Below are positions 17,703 to 27,051 of a DNA stretch of 64,000 nt, piece after piece. Origin of the DNA: a virus. The position numbers were made by a program, and so were the translations under genes. The stretch is from positions 41,600 through 105,599 of the IMG/VR virus record IMGVR_UViG_3300020558_000217, one strand, 5' to 3'. Each line of letters begins with the position of its first letter. Positions within the stretch are counted from its first letter, which is position 1. The notes beneath the pieces were generated by a model. It was not told where the DNA came from, did no database searches, and saw nothing but the letters and a program-made list of their open reading frames with translations.

Positions 17703-20700
17703 ATGGATCCAAAAATAGAAAAAACGATATCTAATTTCGTTCAGAATCAGTTTCCGCAATTCTATCAAGAGGAAGGCGAAAATTTTATTCTGTTTGTCAA
17801 AACATATTTTGAATGGATGGAAACTGAAGGTCAGCCTATCAGAGAGGCTAGACAATTATTTGAATATAGAGATATTGATACAACTATTGAAAGATTTTTA
17901 GAATATTTTCAGAAAAAATATTTATACGGAATACCATTCAACATTATTGCCAATAAAAGATTTTTGTTAAAACATATACTTAATGTATATCGTTCTAAAG
18001 GTACAATACAAGGTTATAAACTATTATTCAGATTGATATATAATGAAGACGTAGACGTTTATCTGCCCGGTAAAGATGTTCTTAGGGTATCTGATGGTAA
18101 ATGGGTGGAACCAAAATATTTGGAATTATCTTGGAGTCCAATTTTAGATTCGTTAATTGGTAAAACAATATATGGAGTATCTTCTGGAACTTCGGCTGTA
18201 GTTGAACGAATTGTAAAAGAACGTTTTAACAAAGACGAAATATATGTAATGTATATTAATGATGTTGGTCCCAAAGGCGGAGATTTCATCGTTTCTGAAA
18301 AAATTGTTGATAACCAATTCAAATCTAATTCTGAATTGGTTAGTTTATCGCCTACAGTTTTGGGTTCTTTGGACAGACTTGATGTTTTCAATAGTGGTAA
18401 CTCGTTTAATGTTGGCGACGTTCTTAAAATTGCATACAAAGATTTAGATACAAATGAAATAGATTCATTTGGCGATCAAGGTTTGATTGTAGTTACTTCA
18501 CTATTTCGTGGATTCGGATCGCTCAACTTTAACATCAGAAATGGTGGTTTCGGGTTTACTGCTAATGCTGCTATTTTCTTATATAAAAACATACTAGATC
18601 AAACTGGTCAGGGCGCAAGTTTTAATATTAAAATAGCCGACGTTAGAAGATTAACATATAATACAGATCTATTTTTAGATTTTATGGATCTTCAATTAGA
18701 CGAAATATACGGTTTCAGTAAATATCAAAACGCAAATTCGGCTTCTACACTGGACGAATGTTTTTCCTACGATACAAATGATTTTGGTAGAATAGCGGCG
18801 CTAACAAACGTTTTAACTGGTAATGGTTATATTGCTCCTGCTAATGTTTTTATTCGTTCTACTTATAGATCTAAAAATATTCCGGGAAGATTGACTTGGT
18901 ACAACAGTAACGATTTTATTAACGCTTACTCCACGGACGTCTATGTTAATACCTCATTTATCAGTAATAACGTTATTCTTATAGCAAACGCTGTTAAACA
19001 TTATGATACAAACGCATACGTAGATTATATTGTACCAGCAGGAAATACTGCTATTAATGGTTTGACTGCTAATACAAGATATTATGTGAAAACTACTAAT
19101 ACGTTAGGTATTACATTAAGCGCCACTCAAGGCGGAACGACTTTAAATATTAATACAGCTGTCACTAGTAATACCACTGAAAGACATTCTTTCATAACAA
19201 AGGCTCTTACAAAAAGTTTTTTTGCTAACACTACCTCTGTAAATAATGCAAGCTATTCTATCCTAGTAACAGATGCTAATACTTATTTTTACCCAGACGA
19301 TTATGTATATTATCTTGTCCCTGCAGGCAATACTGGGTTACTTGGTATTACACCAAATAGTTTTTATTATGTAGAAAGCTCGAACTCTACAGCTATAACA
19401 TTGAGCGATACATTCACAGGCAATTCAGATCCAATTGAAATTGCAACAGATGTTATATTGGCTGGAGAAACGCATTATCTATTAAATGACACTACTAGAA
19501 ATATTTACCCATACGTAAACGGTTATTCTACACAAGTTTATGCTAATACATTTTCAATTAATAATACTAGTTATGCAATCAAAATAGCAAACGCTGATAT
19601 ATATTTTTCTGTTAATGATAGAGTTTATTATGACGTTCCTGTTGGTAATACCGCCATAGCTAATTTAAGAGCAAATTCTGTTGTTTACATCAAAACTTCT
19701 AATTCGTCAGCAATTACTCTGAGTAACACTGCTGGCGGTCCAGTAATGCAAATTTACACCAGTTCTTCTGGAGCAGCAGAAACACATACTATTAAAACTG
19801 CTAAATTTAGTAAATATTTCGCAAATGATGACGTTATATATCTACAATCAGACAGCACAAATGCTAATACTTTGGAATTGGCAGTTATTAGAAATATAAT
19901 AAGCGATGTATCGATACAGCTGTACGGGTTCACTAACAGCAGCTCTACGAGTAATTCTCTTTATGGAAGAGCTGTTGTTATTATGCCTTCTCAGTTTGAT
20001 GTTTCAGAGTTTACAGGCAGAAATAAAATTACAGGTAATTCTGATATTTTCAGTATTCTTTCTTATACATATAGTACCTTAGATTATACCAATTTAGCTA
20101 ATATTATGAAAAGGCTAGATGGTACCATAAATGGTATAAATGATAATATCGAAGCTCTAAATTCTAGTGGTAATAATATTGTAGAAAATGTTTCAGCGAT
20201 CAATTCTGGTAAGGCTTATGTTGAAGGCGAATCAGTACGAGCTTATCGTTATGGTATTTTGCAAGTACCCACTGTTGCAAAAGGTGGAACAGGTTATGTC
20301 AATGGTGACACAATCATATTCAGCGGCGGTGTTACTGAAACACCTGCCAGAGGCTCAATTCTGACAAATTCTCAAGGCAATGTAGTTTCTGTTAATACAG
20401 CAGAAGGAGCTTGGTATGGCGGTGTAGGTTATAATTCACTACCAGAAATAAGTATTAGATCAGCGAATAATTTAGCAAATGGCGCCGTTTTAACCACAAA
20501 TTATATCCCATTTGATACAGCCAATGAAATCAGAGGATTAGTGAGAAAAAGCGGAATAGGTAGAGGATTGGGTTATTGGGCGACTACTGATGGACTTTTG
20601 AATTCGGATAAGGTCATTCAAGATAGTTATTATTATCAGGATTATTCTTATGAATTGAGAACTGCACTTAGTCTAGAAACATACAAAGACGTATTTTACT

Positions 20701-21023
20701 CTACTTTTCACACAGCAGGTTCGGCTCTGTTTGGTAAATATGAATTACAACCTTTTGTGATGGCAAGTAACATAGAGTTAAATATCGATACTCTCGCTAA
20801 TACGGCTTGGCCGCTTTGGCTAACTTGTGATATCGCAGACCCAAGAATTAGAGCGGACGTGTATCTTGAAGAACTCGCCAACGGGTATCCGCTCCCTGGC
20901 GTTATACTTACTGTAGACCAATTCACATTTTCTAATAATTATTTTGGATGTGATATAAATACAGTATACGCTGACAGCACAGAAATAACTTCTGACAGAT
21001 TCTCAGAAGATTTACCAACATAA
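17703..21023 (+). CDS. 7: baseplate wedge gp7-like with three inserted repeat domains
   Basis: QFPQFYQEE..FV..YFEW, YRSKGT, IQDSYYYQDYSYEL, FHTAG; between gp6 and gp8. Confidence 0.8.
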   Translation: MDPKIEKTISNFVQNQFPQFYQEEGENFILFVKTYFEWMETEGQPIREARQLFEYRDIDTTIERFLEYFQKKYLYGIPFNIIANKRFLLKHILNVYRSKGTIQGYKLLFRLIYNEDVDVYLPGKDVLRVSDGKWVEPKYLELSWSPILDSLIGKTIYGVSSGTSAVVERIVKERFNKDEIYVMYINDVGPKGGDFIVSEKIVDNQFKSNSELVSLSPTVLGSLDRLDVFNSGNSFNVGDVLKIAYKDLDTNEIDSFGDQGLIVVTSLFRGFGSLNFNIRNGGFGFTANAAIFLYKNILDQTGQGASFNIKIADVRRLTYNTDLFLDFMDLQLDEIYGFSKYQNANSASTLDECFSYDTNDFGRIAALTNVLTGNGYIAPANVFIRSTYRSKNIPGRLTWYNSNDFINAYSTDVYVNTSFISNNVILIANAVKHYDTNAYVDYIVPAGNTAINGLTANTRYYVKTTNTLGITLSATQGGTTLNINTAVTSNTTERHSFITKALTKSFFANTTSVNNASYSILVTDANTYFYPDDYVYYLVPAGNTGLLGITPNSFYYVESSNSTAITLSDTFTGNSDPIEIATDVILAGETHYLLNDTTRNIYPYVNGYSTQVYANTFSINNTSYAIKIANADIYFSVNDRVYYDVPVGNTAIANLRANSVVYIKTSNSSAITLSNTAGGPVMQIYTSSSGAAETHTIKTAKFSKYFANDDVIYLQSDSTNANTLELAVIRNIISDVSIQLYGFTNSSSTSNSLYGRAVVIMPSQFDVSEFTGRNKITGNSDIFSILSYTYSTLDYTNLANIMKRLDGTINGINDNIEALNSSGNNIVENVSAINSGKAYVEGESVRAYRYGILQVPTVAKGGTGYVNGDTIIFSGGVTETPARGSILTNSQGNVVSVNTAEGAWYGGVGYNSLPEISIRSANNLANGAVLTTNYIPFDTANEIRGLVRKSGIGRGLGYWATTDGLLNSDKVIQDSYYYQDYSYELRTALSLETYKDVFYSTFHTAGSALFGKYELQPFVMASNIELNIDTLANTAWPLWLTCDIADPRIRADVYLEELANGYPLPGVILTVDQFTFSNNYFGCDINTVYADSTEITSDRFSEDLPT
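20954..20961 (+). promoter_or_regulatory. T4-type late promoter
   Basis: Exact TATAAATA about 85 nt upstream of 21045. Confidence 0.55.
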
Positions 21024-21044
21024 TTTAGTCATAGGGGATTTAAA

Positions 21045-21629
21045 TTGGCAAGACAAGTAGTAAACGTCGGAAACGACCCAAATGATGGAACTGGAACTCC
21101 TCTTAGAGATGCCATGGTTATCATTAATGATAATTTTTTGGAGCTTTATACTAATCCGGTTGTGAATACTTCAATAACAGTCGGCAATTCTTCAGTAAAC
21201 ACTGTTGTGAACTCTACATCTATAGTTTTCGGTAATAACTCTTCTGTCATTAGGATTGGAAACACTTCAATCAATGCTATCGCCAACAGTTCAGGATTCT
21301 TTACAGGGAATGGAACTGTCACAGCAAATTCTATCAGTGTTTCCTCTAATACTATAAATGTTGGATCGTTCACAGCTGCAGCTAATGGGTACACATTTTT
21401 ACCAAACGGTTTCAAATTAAATTATGGTTATGTATTTTGTAATTCTAGCGTAGGCAATGCTACTTTTTCGTCAGCGTTTGCGACAGCGTGTTATGTAGTT
21501 ACGGCCACTTCTAATACAGCAGCAGTTACATATGAACCTGCTGTAGTCGGAACTAATACTACCGTGGCTATTATCAGAACATCAAATACAACAGCCGTAA
21601 ACGTTTATTATATGGCTATAGGAAGATAA
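21045..21629 (+). CDS. gp9/gp10-like N-terminal anchor fused to a short fibre domain
   Basis: QVVNVG..PNDGTGTPLRDAM..INDNF.ELY anchor motif; C-terminal GYTFLPNGFKLNYG fibre-type domain; TTG start. Confidence 0.7.
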   Translation: MARQVVNVGNDPNDGTGTPLRDAMVIINDNFLELYTNPVVNTSITVGNSSVNTVVNSTSIVFGNNSSVIRIGNTSINAIANSSGFFTGNGTVTANSISVSSNTINVGSFTAAANGYTFLPNGFKLNYGYVFCNSSVGNATFSSAFATACYVVTATSNTAAVTYEPAVVGTNTTVAIIRTSNTTAVNVYYMAIGR

Positions 21630-21638
21630 GGCGAATAA

Positions 21639-23174
21639 ATGACAGGAGTATTACAACCTTCTTATAGAAAGGCTCTAATTGATGAAATGTTTGATAACAT
21701 AAGATCAAACACTTCATATTATTATGCAGTCGCCTCTAATCCTATATTAAGAGTTGGGCCCCTTCCTAATACTACCCCAGACGACTATAATACTAAATTT
21801 GAAACTGATTGGTTAATGTTATTTGGTAAAAAATTATCAATAACCAATTTTGCTCCATTAGTTGATAATAATCTATGGGCGAATGGTTTTGTCTACAAAA
21901 TGTATGATAATAACGATGTAGATTTATATTCAAACAATAAATTTTATGTTATAAGTCCTCCAGAATTTGATGGTGGAACTTATAACATCTTTAAATGTAT
22001 GGACAATGCCAATAATTCTCCTTCTACAGTAAAACCAGCAATAGTACAAGTAACTTCTTTTCAAACTGATGATGGTTATGTTTGGAGATATGTAACTTCT
22101 ATTCCATATAGACTTTATAAAATGTTTGCTACAGACACATATGCACCAGTTTATGCAAACAGTGTTACTACTTTATATGCTAATCAATACTGCGGCGTCG
22201 AAAAGGTAGTCATTACTAATACTGGCTCTGGATACGTAGGATACCATGATGGAACTATCTTATCAGCTAACAGCACAGTTATTCAGGTAGGCAATACAGC
22301 AAGTAATGCTTCGGGTATCTATAACAACAGCGCAATTTATATCTATAATGTCACTTTAACAACTTCTCAAATATTTCAAATATCAGATTATGTATCTAAC
22401 AGCGTTGGAAAGTGGGTGCTTTTGAATGGAGAGGCTAATACTACAAATATTATCCCAGAAGCTACTCAATATAAAATTTCACCAAGAGTTGTTTTTACTA
22501 CAGATGGCGGTACACAGCCAGTAGCATATAGCGTTGTTAATACTACTACTAATTCTATTAGTAATATAGTTATGCTTGATATCGGCGCTGATATATCATG
22601 GGCAAACGTTTCTATAGTATCCGCTGTTGGTTCTGGTGCGAATGTATATGCTATAGTTCCGCCACCAGGCGGTCACGGTTCTGACCCAGTCTCAGAATTG
22701 AATGTAAAGGCATTGGGCGTTAATTTTCATTTTGCCAACAGCGAAGGTAATACAGTATCTGACGATTTATTATATAACAAAATTGGTATAATTAAAAACC
22801 CTTACGGTCTACATGCTAATGGCGCTAAAAGTAATACCGCTTACATATCTACAACGTTTAGTCAAACATTAGACGCTAATTTATTGAATCCAGTATTATT
22901 TACTGTTGGTGATAGAATCTATGGAAATACTAGCAATGCTTATGGTATAGTGGCCTTTGCTAATACATCTAGGATAAAAGTAGTAGGCGATAAAACTTTT
23001 GTTAATGGAGAATTTGTATTTTCTAGCGATTCAGTTTTGAGTTCAGAAATTGATATTATTGATAACGGTAGTATTTACGTTAAAGACGTAAAACCATTAT
23101 ATGTCCAAGATATAAATAACGTAAATAGGTCTAATTCTCAAACAGAATCTTTTAAGCTGATCATTGAGATTTAA
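21639..23174 (+). CDS. 8: baseplate wedge gp8
   Basis: W..G.VY.MYD, YNIFKCMDN..NSPSTVKP, TDDGYVWRY, PPGGHGSDPV.EL, RSNSQTESFKLIIE. Confidence 0.85.
   Translation: MTGVLQPSYRKALIDEMFDNIRSNTSYYYAVASNPILRVGPLPNTTPDDYNTKFETDWLMLFGKKLSITNFAPLVDNNLWANGFVYKMYDNNDVDLYSNNKFYVISPPEFDGGTYNIFKCMDNANNSPSTVKPAIVQVTSFQTDDGYVWRYVTSIPYRLYKMFATDTYAPVYANSVTTLYANQYCGVEKVVITNTGSGYVGYHDGTILSANSTVIQVGNTASNASGIYNNSAIYIYNVTLTTSQIFQISDYVSNSVGKWVLLNGEANTTNIIPEATQYKISPRVVFTTDGGTQPVAYSVVNTTTNSISNIVMLDIGADISWANVSIVSAVGSGANVYAIVPPPGGHGSDPVSELNVKALGVNFHFANSEGNTVSDDLLYNKIGIIKNPYGLHANGAKSNTAYISTTFSQTLDANLLNPVLFTVGDRIYGNTSNAYGIVAFANTSRIKVVGDKTFVNGEFVFSSDSVLSSEIDIIDNGSIYVKDVKPLYVQDINNVNRSNSQTESFKLIIEI
23111..23118 (+). promoter_or_regulatory. 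T4-type late promoter
   Basis: Exact TATAAATA upstream of 23190. Confidence 0.55.
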
Positions 23175-23189
23175 TAACGGGAACTCATA

Positions 23190-26100
23190 ATGTCATTAGA
23201 TATAGATTTAAACGTTGCTCCTTACTACGATGACTATAACGAAAATAAAAATTATCATAGAATTCTTTTTAGACCATCAGTAGCGGTGCAAGCAAGAGAA
23301 TTAACTCAGCTTCAAACAATTCTTCAAAAACAGATAGAGCGTTTTGGAAATTGGGCATTTAGGAGCGGAGATATAGTATCTGGTTGTAATATCTCTGATA
23401 TTCCATCTCTTTCATATGTAAGACTTATGGATTTCGCTTCTAATGGATCAGCTAATACTGCAACATTAGATGTCACAGAATATATTAATGCAGTCGCTAC
23501 TAGCGTAACTAGTAATCTAAGAGCAAAAGTTTTATATGCTAATGCAGGTTTTAGTACCAATTATCCTGATACAAATATTTTATATTTAAGATATCTTAAT
23601 ACTGGAACTGGAGGGGAAAAAGTATTCTCTAATGGTGAACTCCTTACCTTTGTTCAAGTTTCAGAAGCAGGAAATACAGATTTAGCTAATGTATATTCTT
23701 GGGCTAATACTCTAGCTAATACTGTAACAACTGGAAATGCTCATGGTGTTACTGTTTCTGAAGGTATCATTTTTATCAATGGCAATTTCGTAAGAGTAGA
23801 GAACGAAACTTTCGGATTAGTTAATAATTTTGGAACTTATGCCGGCAATAACGTCATAGGGTTCGAATTAGTTGAACAAATTATTACTGAAACACAAGAC
23901 AACACTTTGTTGGATAATGCTCTAGGTTATTCTAACGAAAATGCGCCAGGAGCTCATCGTCTAAAAGTTTCGCCAATCATACTTTCTTTGACCGAAGAAC
24001 AAGCGGCGCTAACCGAGAAATTCAATCCGATTGCTTCATACAATTATGGCACTCTGGTAATCAAATACTCAGAATCTTCTAATTTGTATTCTATAGTAGG
24101 CGATGTTATTGCTAAAAGAACTTATGAAGAATCTGGGAATTATGTAGTAAATCCTTTTGCTGTTGATACAGTAACAAATGTTTTGGACAACAACGTTGAT
24201 ATAGCGCCTTCTTCTGCTAATAATGTTCTTGCTAGAGTAAGCGCAGGAATTGGTTATTCTCAGGGTAAAAGAGTTGAGCTTCTTAAAACAGCATATATCG
24301 ATATGCGTCGTGGCGTAGATACACAGACATTAAGTTCTCAACAGATCAGTTTCAATTATGGCAGTTATTTTATTTTAAATGAAGTATCAGGAACTTTTGA
24401 ATTTAATAAATCACAAACTGTTACTTTGTATGACAAACCACAACAGTCAGTAACTAATAGAACTTATGCTGGCACATCGCCTACGGGTAATAATATCGGA
24501 ACAGCAACAGTAAAATGTTATAGTTTTAATTCTGGTGTACCAGGAAGCGCATCTGCAACTTATTTGCTTCATATATTCAACATATCTCTAAATGCAGGGT
24601 ATAACAGTACTCAAATAAAATCTGTTTATTATAATGGTTCTAAAAAAGGAGTTGCTGATGTTTATTCTGTAGGATTGTTAGAAGATCAGTTCAAAAGACA
24701 ACTTTATTCTTTTGGTTTTTCTGGAATAAAAAACATTAGAGATCAAAGTAATAACGTCCAGACTAATTATATTTACAGAAATAAAGCCTCTGGAACTATG
24801 ACTACCACAGGTAATGCGACTATAACATTAACTTATTCTGCGCCTGGAGGCACAGATATACTTCCTTATGGTATAGGTATACTATCAGATGCTACTGCTT
24901 CTGAGTTTACTGTGGTTGCTACTGCTAATGTTGATTCTGCGGTATTAACAGGCACAGTCAGCGTAAATACAACATCAGTTAACGTTGTAGGAACTTCAAC
25001 AACGTTCACCAATAGATTTTATGTTGGAGACAACATAAAGGTAGGCACTGATATAAGAACAGTTATTTCAGTGTCAAATGCTACGTTTTTGACTGTCGAT
25101 GCTCCATTTGGTGCGACTAACGCTTCTGCGAATTATTACAAATCTTACATTAGTGGTAAAAACATTCCAATTTCTAGAACCTTCAGTTCTGGTCCTTCAA
25201 GTTTTATACAGGTAACAAACAGTACATCATTTACTATAAGTTCAGGTCAAATTCCTAGTTCATCTTTGAGTGTTGACATATTTTATAATACCCAAAGAAA
25301 TGTTGCATTACCCGCTAAAAAGGTAATCAAGAGAGATGTGTTTGTTAAAATTAACACAGCTTCTAATCCAAAAGGACCATGGTGTTTAGGATTTAGCGAT
25401 ATTTTTAAAGTAAATAAAATTTACGGATCTTCAAATGGAACTTATACAACAAACGGTGTAGATTTAACTACTAGCTTTACTTATGATACAGGTCAAAGAG
25501 ACACTCATTACGATTTGGGTTATTTGTATTCTAAGGGCTCATATAGTTCATCATCCTTCCCTAATATTTTAGTTCAACTTGACTATTTTGCTGTAAATAC
25601 TGCACCAGGAGTAGGCTTCTTTTCAGTAGAATCTTATCCCGTCGATGATGCAAATACTGCAAACACTAATGCGATACAGACCAAAGATATTCCACTTTAT
25701 GTTGACGAAAATGGCGCTAAGTTACCTCTTAGAGATTTCATAGATTTCAGAACTCCTTGTGCAATCACAGCTAACGACACAGGTACAGTTGATACATCTA
25801 ATTCTACTCAAGTTACTACAGCTATAAGTTATGCATCAGTCAATCCTGCTTCGACTTTGACTTTAAGCACCGGCGATGCTACATCAGGTTTGAACGTCCC
25901 TGCTTATGGTAAAAATCTAGAAGCGGATTATACTAGATACCTACCTAGAAAAGATTTAATCCTAATAACTCCAGATAATGTTCTTAAAGTTAAAGAAGGC
26001 GTTTCTAGCCAGAGTCCACAAACTCCTCTATGGCCAGATAATGCTATGGTTCTTTCTGTATTGAATATACCACCATATCCTTCTCTTTCTTCAGATCAAC

Positions 26101-27029
26101 TTGATTCGTTTTATCCTATAAATCAAAACTCTAAAAATTTGATTAGAGATACATCAACAGCAATATCTGGAAGTATAGTTAGTAACCGTAGATATACTAT
26201 GAAAGATATTGGTACTCTAGACCAAAGAATTACTAATTTAGAATATTATACGCAATTAACTCTGTTAGAAAAAGCTGCTAAGGATTTGTCAGTAACAGAC
26301 GCAAATGGTCTTGATAGATTCAAAAACGGAATTTTCGTAGATCCTTTTTCTGATTTTTCTCTTGGGGATGTTTCCAGCACAGAGTATTCTATAGCTATTG
26401 ATTCAGCCAAAGGAGTGGCAAGGCCAAGAATCATAAGAGAAGTTTTTAATATTAATTTTAATAGTTCTAGTTCTATAAACACAAGAAAAACAGGCAGATT
26501 AATTACCATCGATTATGTCGAAGTACCATTTATTCAACAATATTATGCTACTAAGTATCGTAGTTCTGCTCTTGTTGCATACGCTTGGAATGGAACTCTA
26601 TTATTAATTCCACCATTCGATAATAATAGCGATATTCATAATACTGGTTCTATAAATATTACTATAGATAACACCAAACCTTGGAAAGATTTCGCAGCTA
26701 GTCCTTTTGGCTCTTCTTATGGAGAATGGAGAACAACTACTACTACAACCTCTGATACAGTTATAACTGGAACGCAGAATATAATTAATAGAGATATAGG
26801 ATCATTGGGCGTTGCAGGAGCTGGTAGAGAAATTGCTGGCCCTAGAAGATTTAATGTCGGTTCAGGATCTTGGAATGGCACCGTTGATCTGTTGACAGAA
26901 TCTGGTAGAGAATTAGCTTTGTCATTGGCGGCACAAGAATTGGGTGTTAACGTAGACGTCATCAGAGGTCATCTAACTGTGGTGTACGATGAGGGTATAC
27001 CAGGCTATGAAAGAACATTCAATTTTTAA
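23190..27029 (+). CDS. VrlC/DUF4815-like large virion structural protein, N-terminal part
   Basis: DLNVAPYYDDY..KNYHRILFRP..AVQARELTQLQTILQ, APGAHRLK, RRYTMKDIG.L..RI.NLEYYT, DRFKNGIFVDPF. Confidence 0.85.
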   Translation: MSLDIDLNVAPYYDDYNENKNYHRILFRPSVAVQARELTQLQTILQKQIERFGNWAFRSGDIVSGCNISDIPSLSYVRLMDFASNGSANTATLDVTEYINAVATSVTSNLRAKVLYANAGFSTNYPDTNILYLRYLNTGTGGEKVFSNGELLTFVQVSEAGNTDLANVYSWANTLANTVTTGNAHGVTVSEGIIFINGNFVRVENETFGLVNNFGTYAGNNVIGFELVEQIITETQDNTLLDNALGYSNENAPGAHRLKVSPIILSLTEEQAALTEKFNPIASYNYGTLVIKYSESSNLYSIVGDVIAKRTYEESGNYVVNPFAVDTVTNVLDNNVDIAPSSANNVLARVSAGIGYSQGKRVELLKTAYIDMRRGVDTQTLSSQQISFNYGSYFILNEVSGTFEFNKSQTVTLYDKPQQSVTNRTYAGTSPTGNNIGTATVKCYSFNSGVPGSASATYLLHIFNISLNAGYNSTQIKSVYYNGSKKGVADVYSVGLLEDQFKRQLYSFGFSGIKNIRDQSNNVQTNYIYRNKASGTMTTTGNATITLTYSAPGGTDILPYGIGILSDATASEFTVVATANVDSAVLTGTVSVNTTSVNVVGTSTTFTNRFYVGDNIKVGTDIRTVISVSNATFLTVDAPFGATNASANYYKSYISGKNIPISRTFSSGPSSFIQVTNSTSFTISSGQIPSSSLSVDIFYNTQRNVALPAKKVIKRDVFVKINTASNPKGPWCLGFSDIFKVNKIYGSSNGTYTTNGVDLTTSFTYDTGQRDTHYDLGYLYSKGSYSSSSFPNILVQLDYFAVNTAPGVGFFSVESYPVDDANTANTNAIQTKDIPLYVDENGAKLPLRDFIDFRTPCAITANDTGTVDTSNSTQVTTAISYASVNPASTLTLSTGDATSGLNVPAYGKNLEADYTRYLPRKDLILITPDNVLKVKEGVSSQSPQTPLWPDNAMVLSVLNIPPYPSLSSDQLDSFYPINQNSKNLIRDTSTAISGSIVSNRRYTMKDIGTLDQRITNLEYYTQLTLLEKAAKDLSVTDANGLDRFKNGIFVDPFSDFSLGDVSSTEYSIAIDSAKGVARPRIIREVFNINFNSSSSINTRKTGRLITIDYVEVPFIQQYYATKYRSSALVAYAWNGTLLLIPPFDNNSDIHNTGSINITIDNTKPWKDFAASPFGSSYGEWRTTTTTTSDTVITGTQNIINRDIGSLGVAGAGREIAGPRRFNVGSGSWNGTVDLLTESGRELALSLAAQELGVNVDVIRGHLTVVYDEGIPGYERTFNF

Positions 27030-27051
27030 TGAATTGATCTAGGAGATAAAA

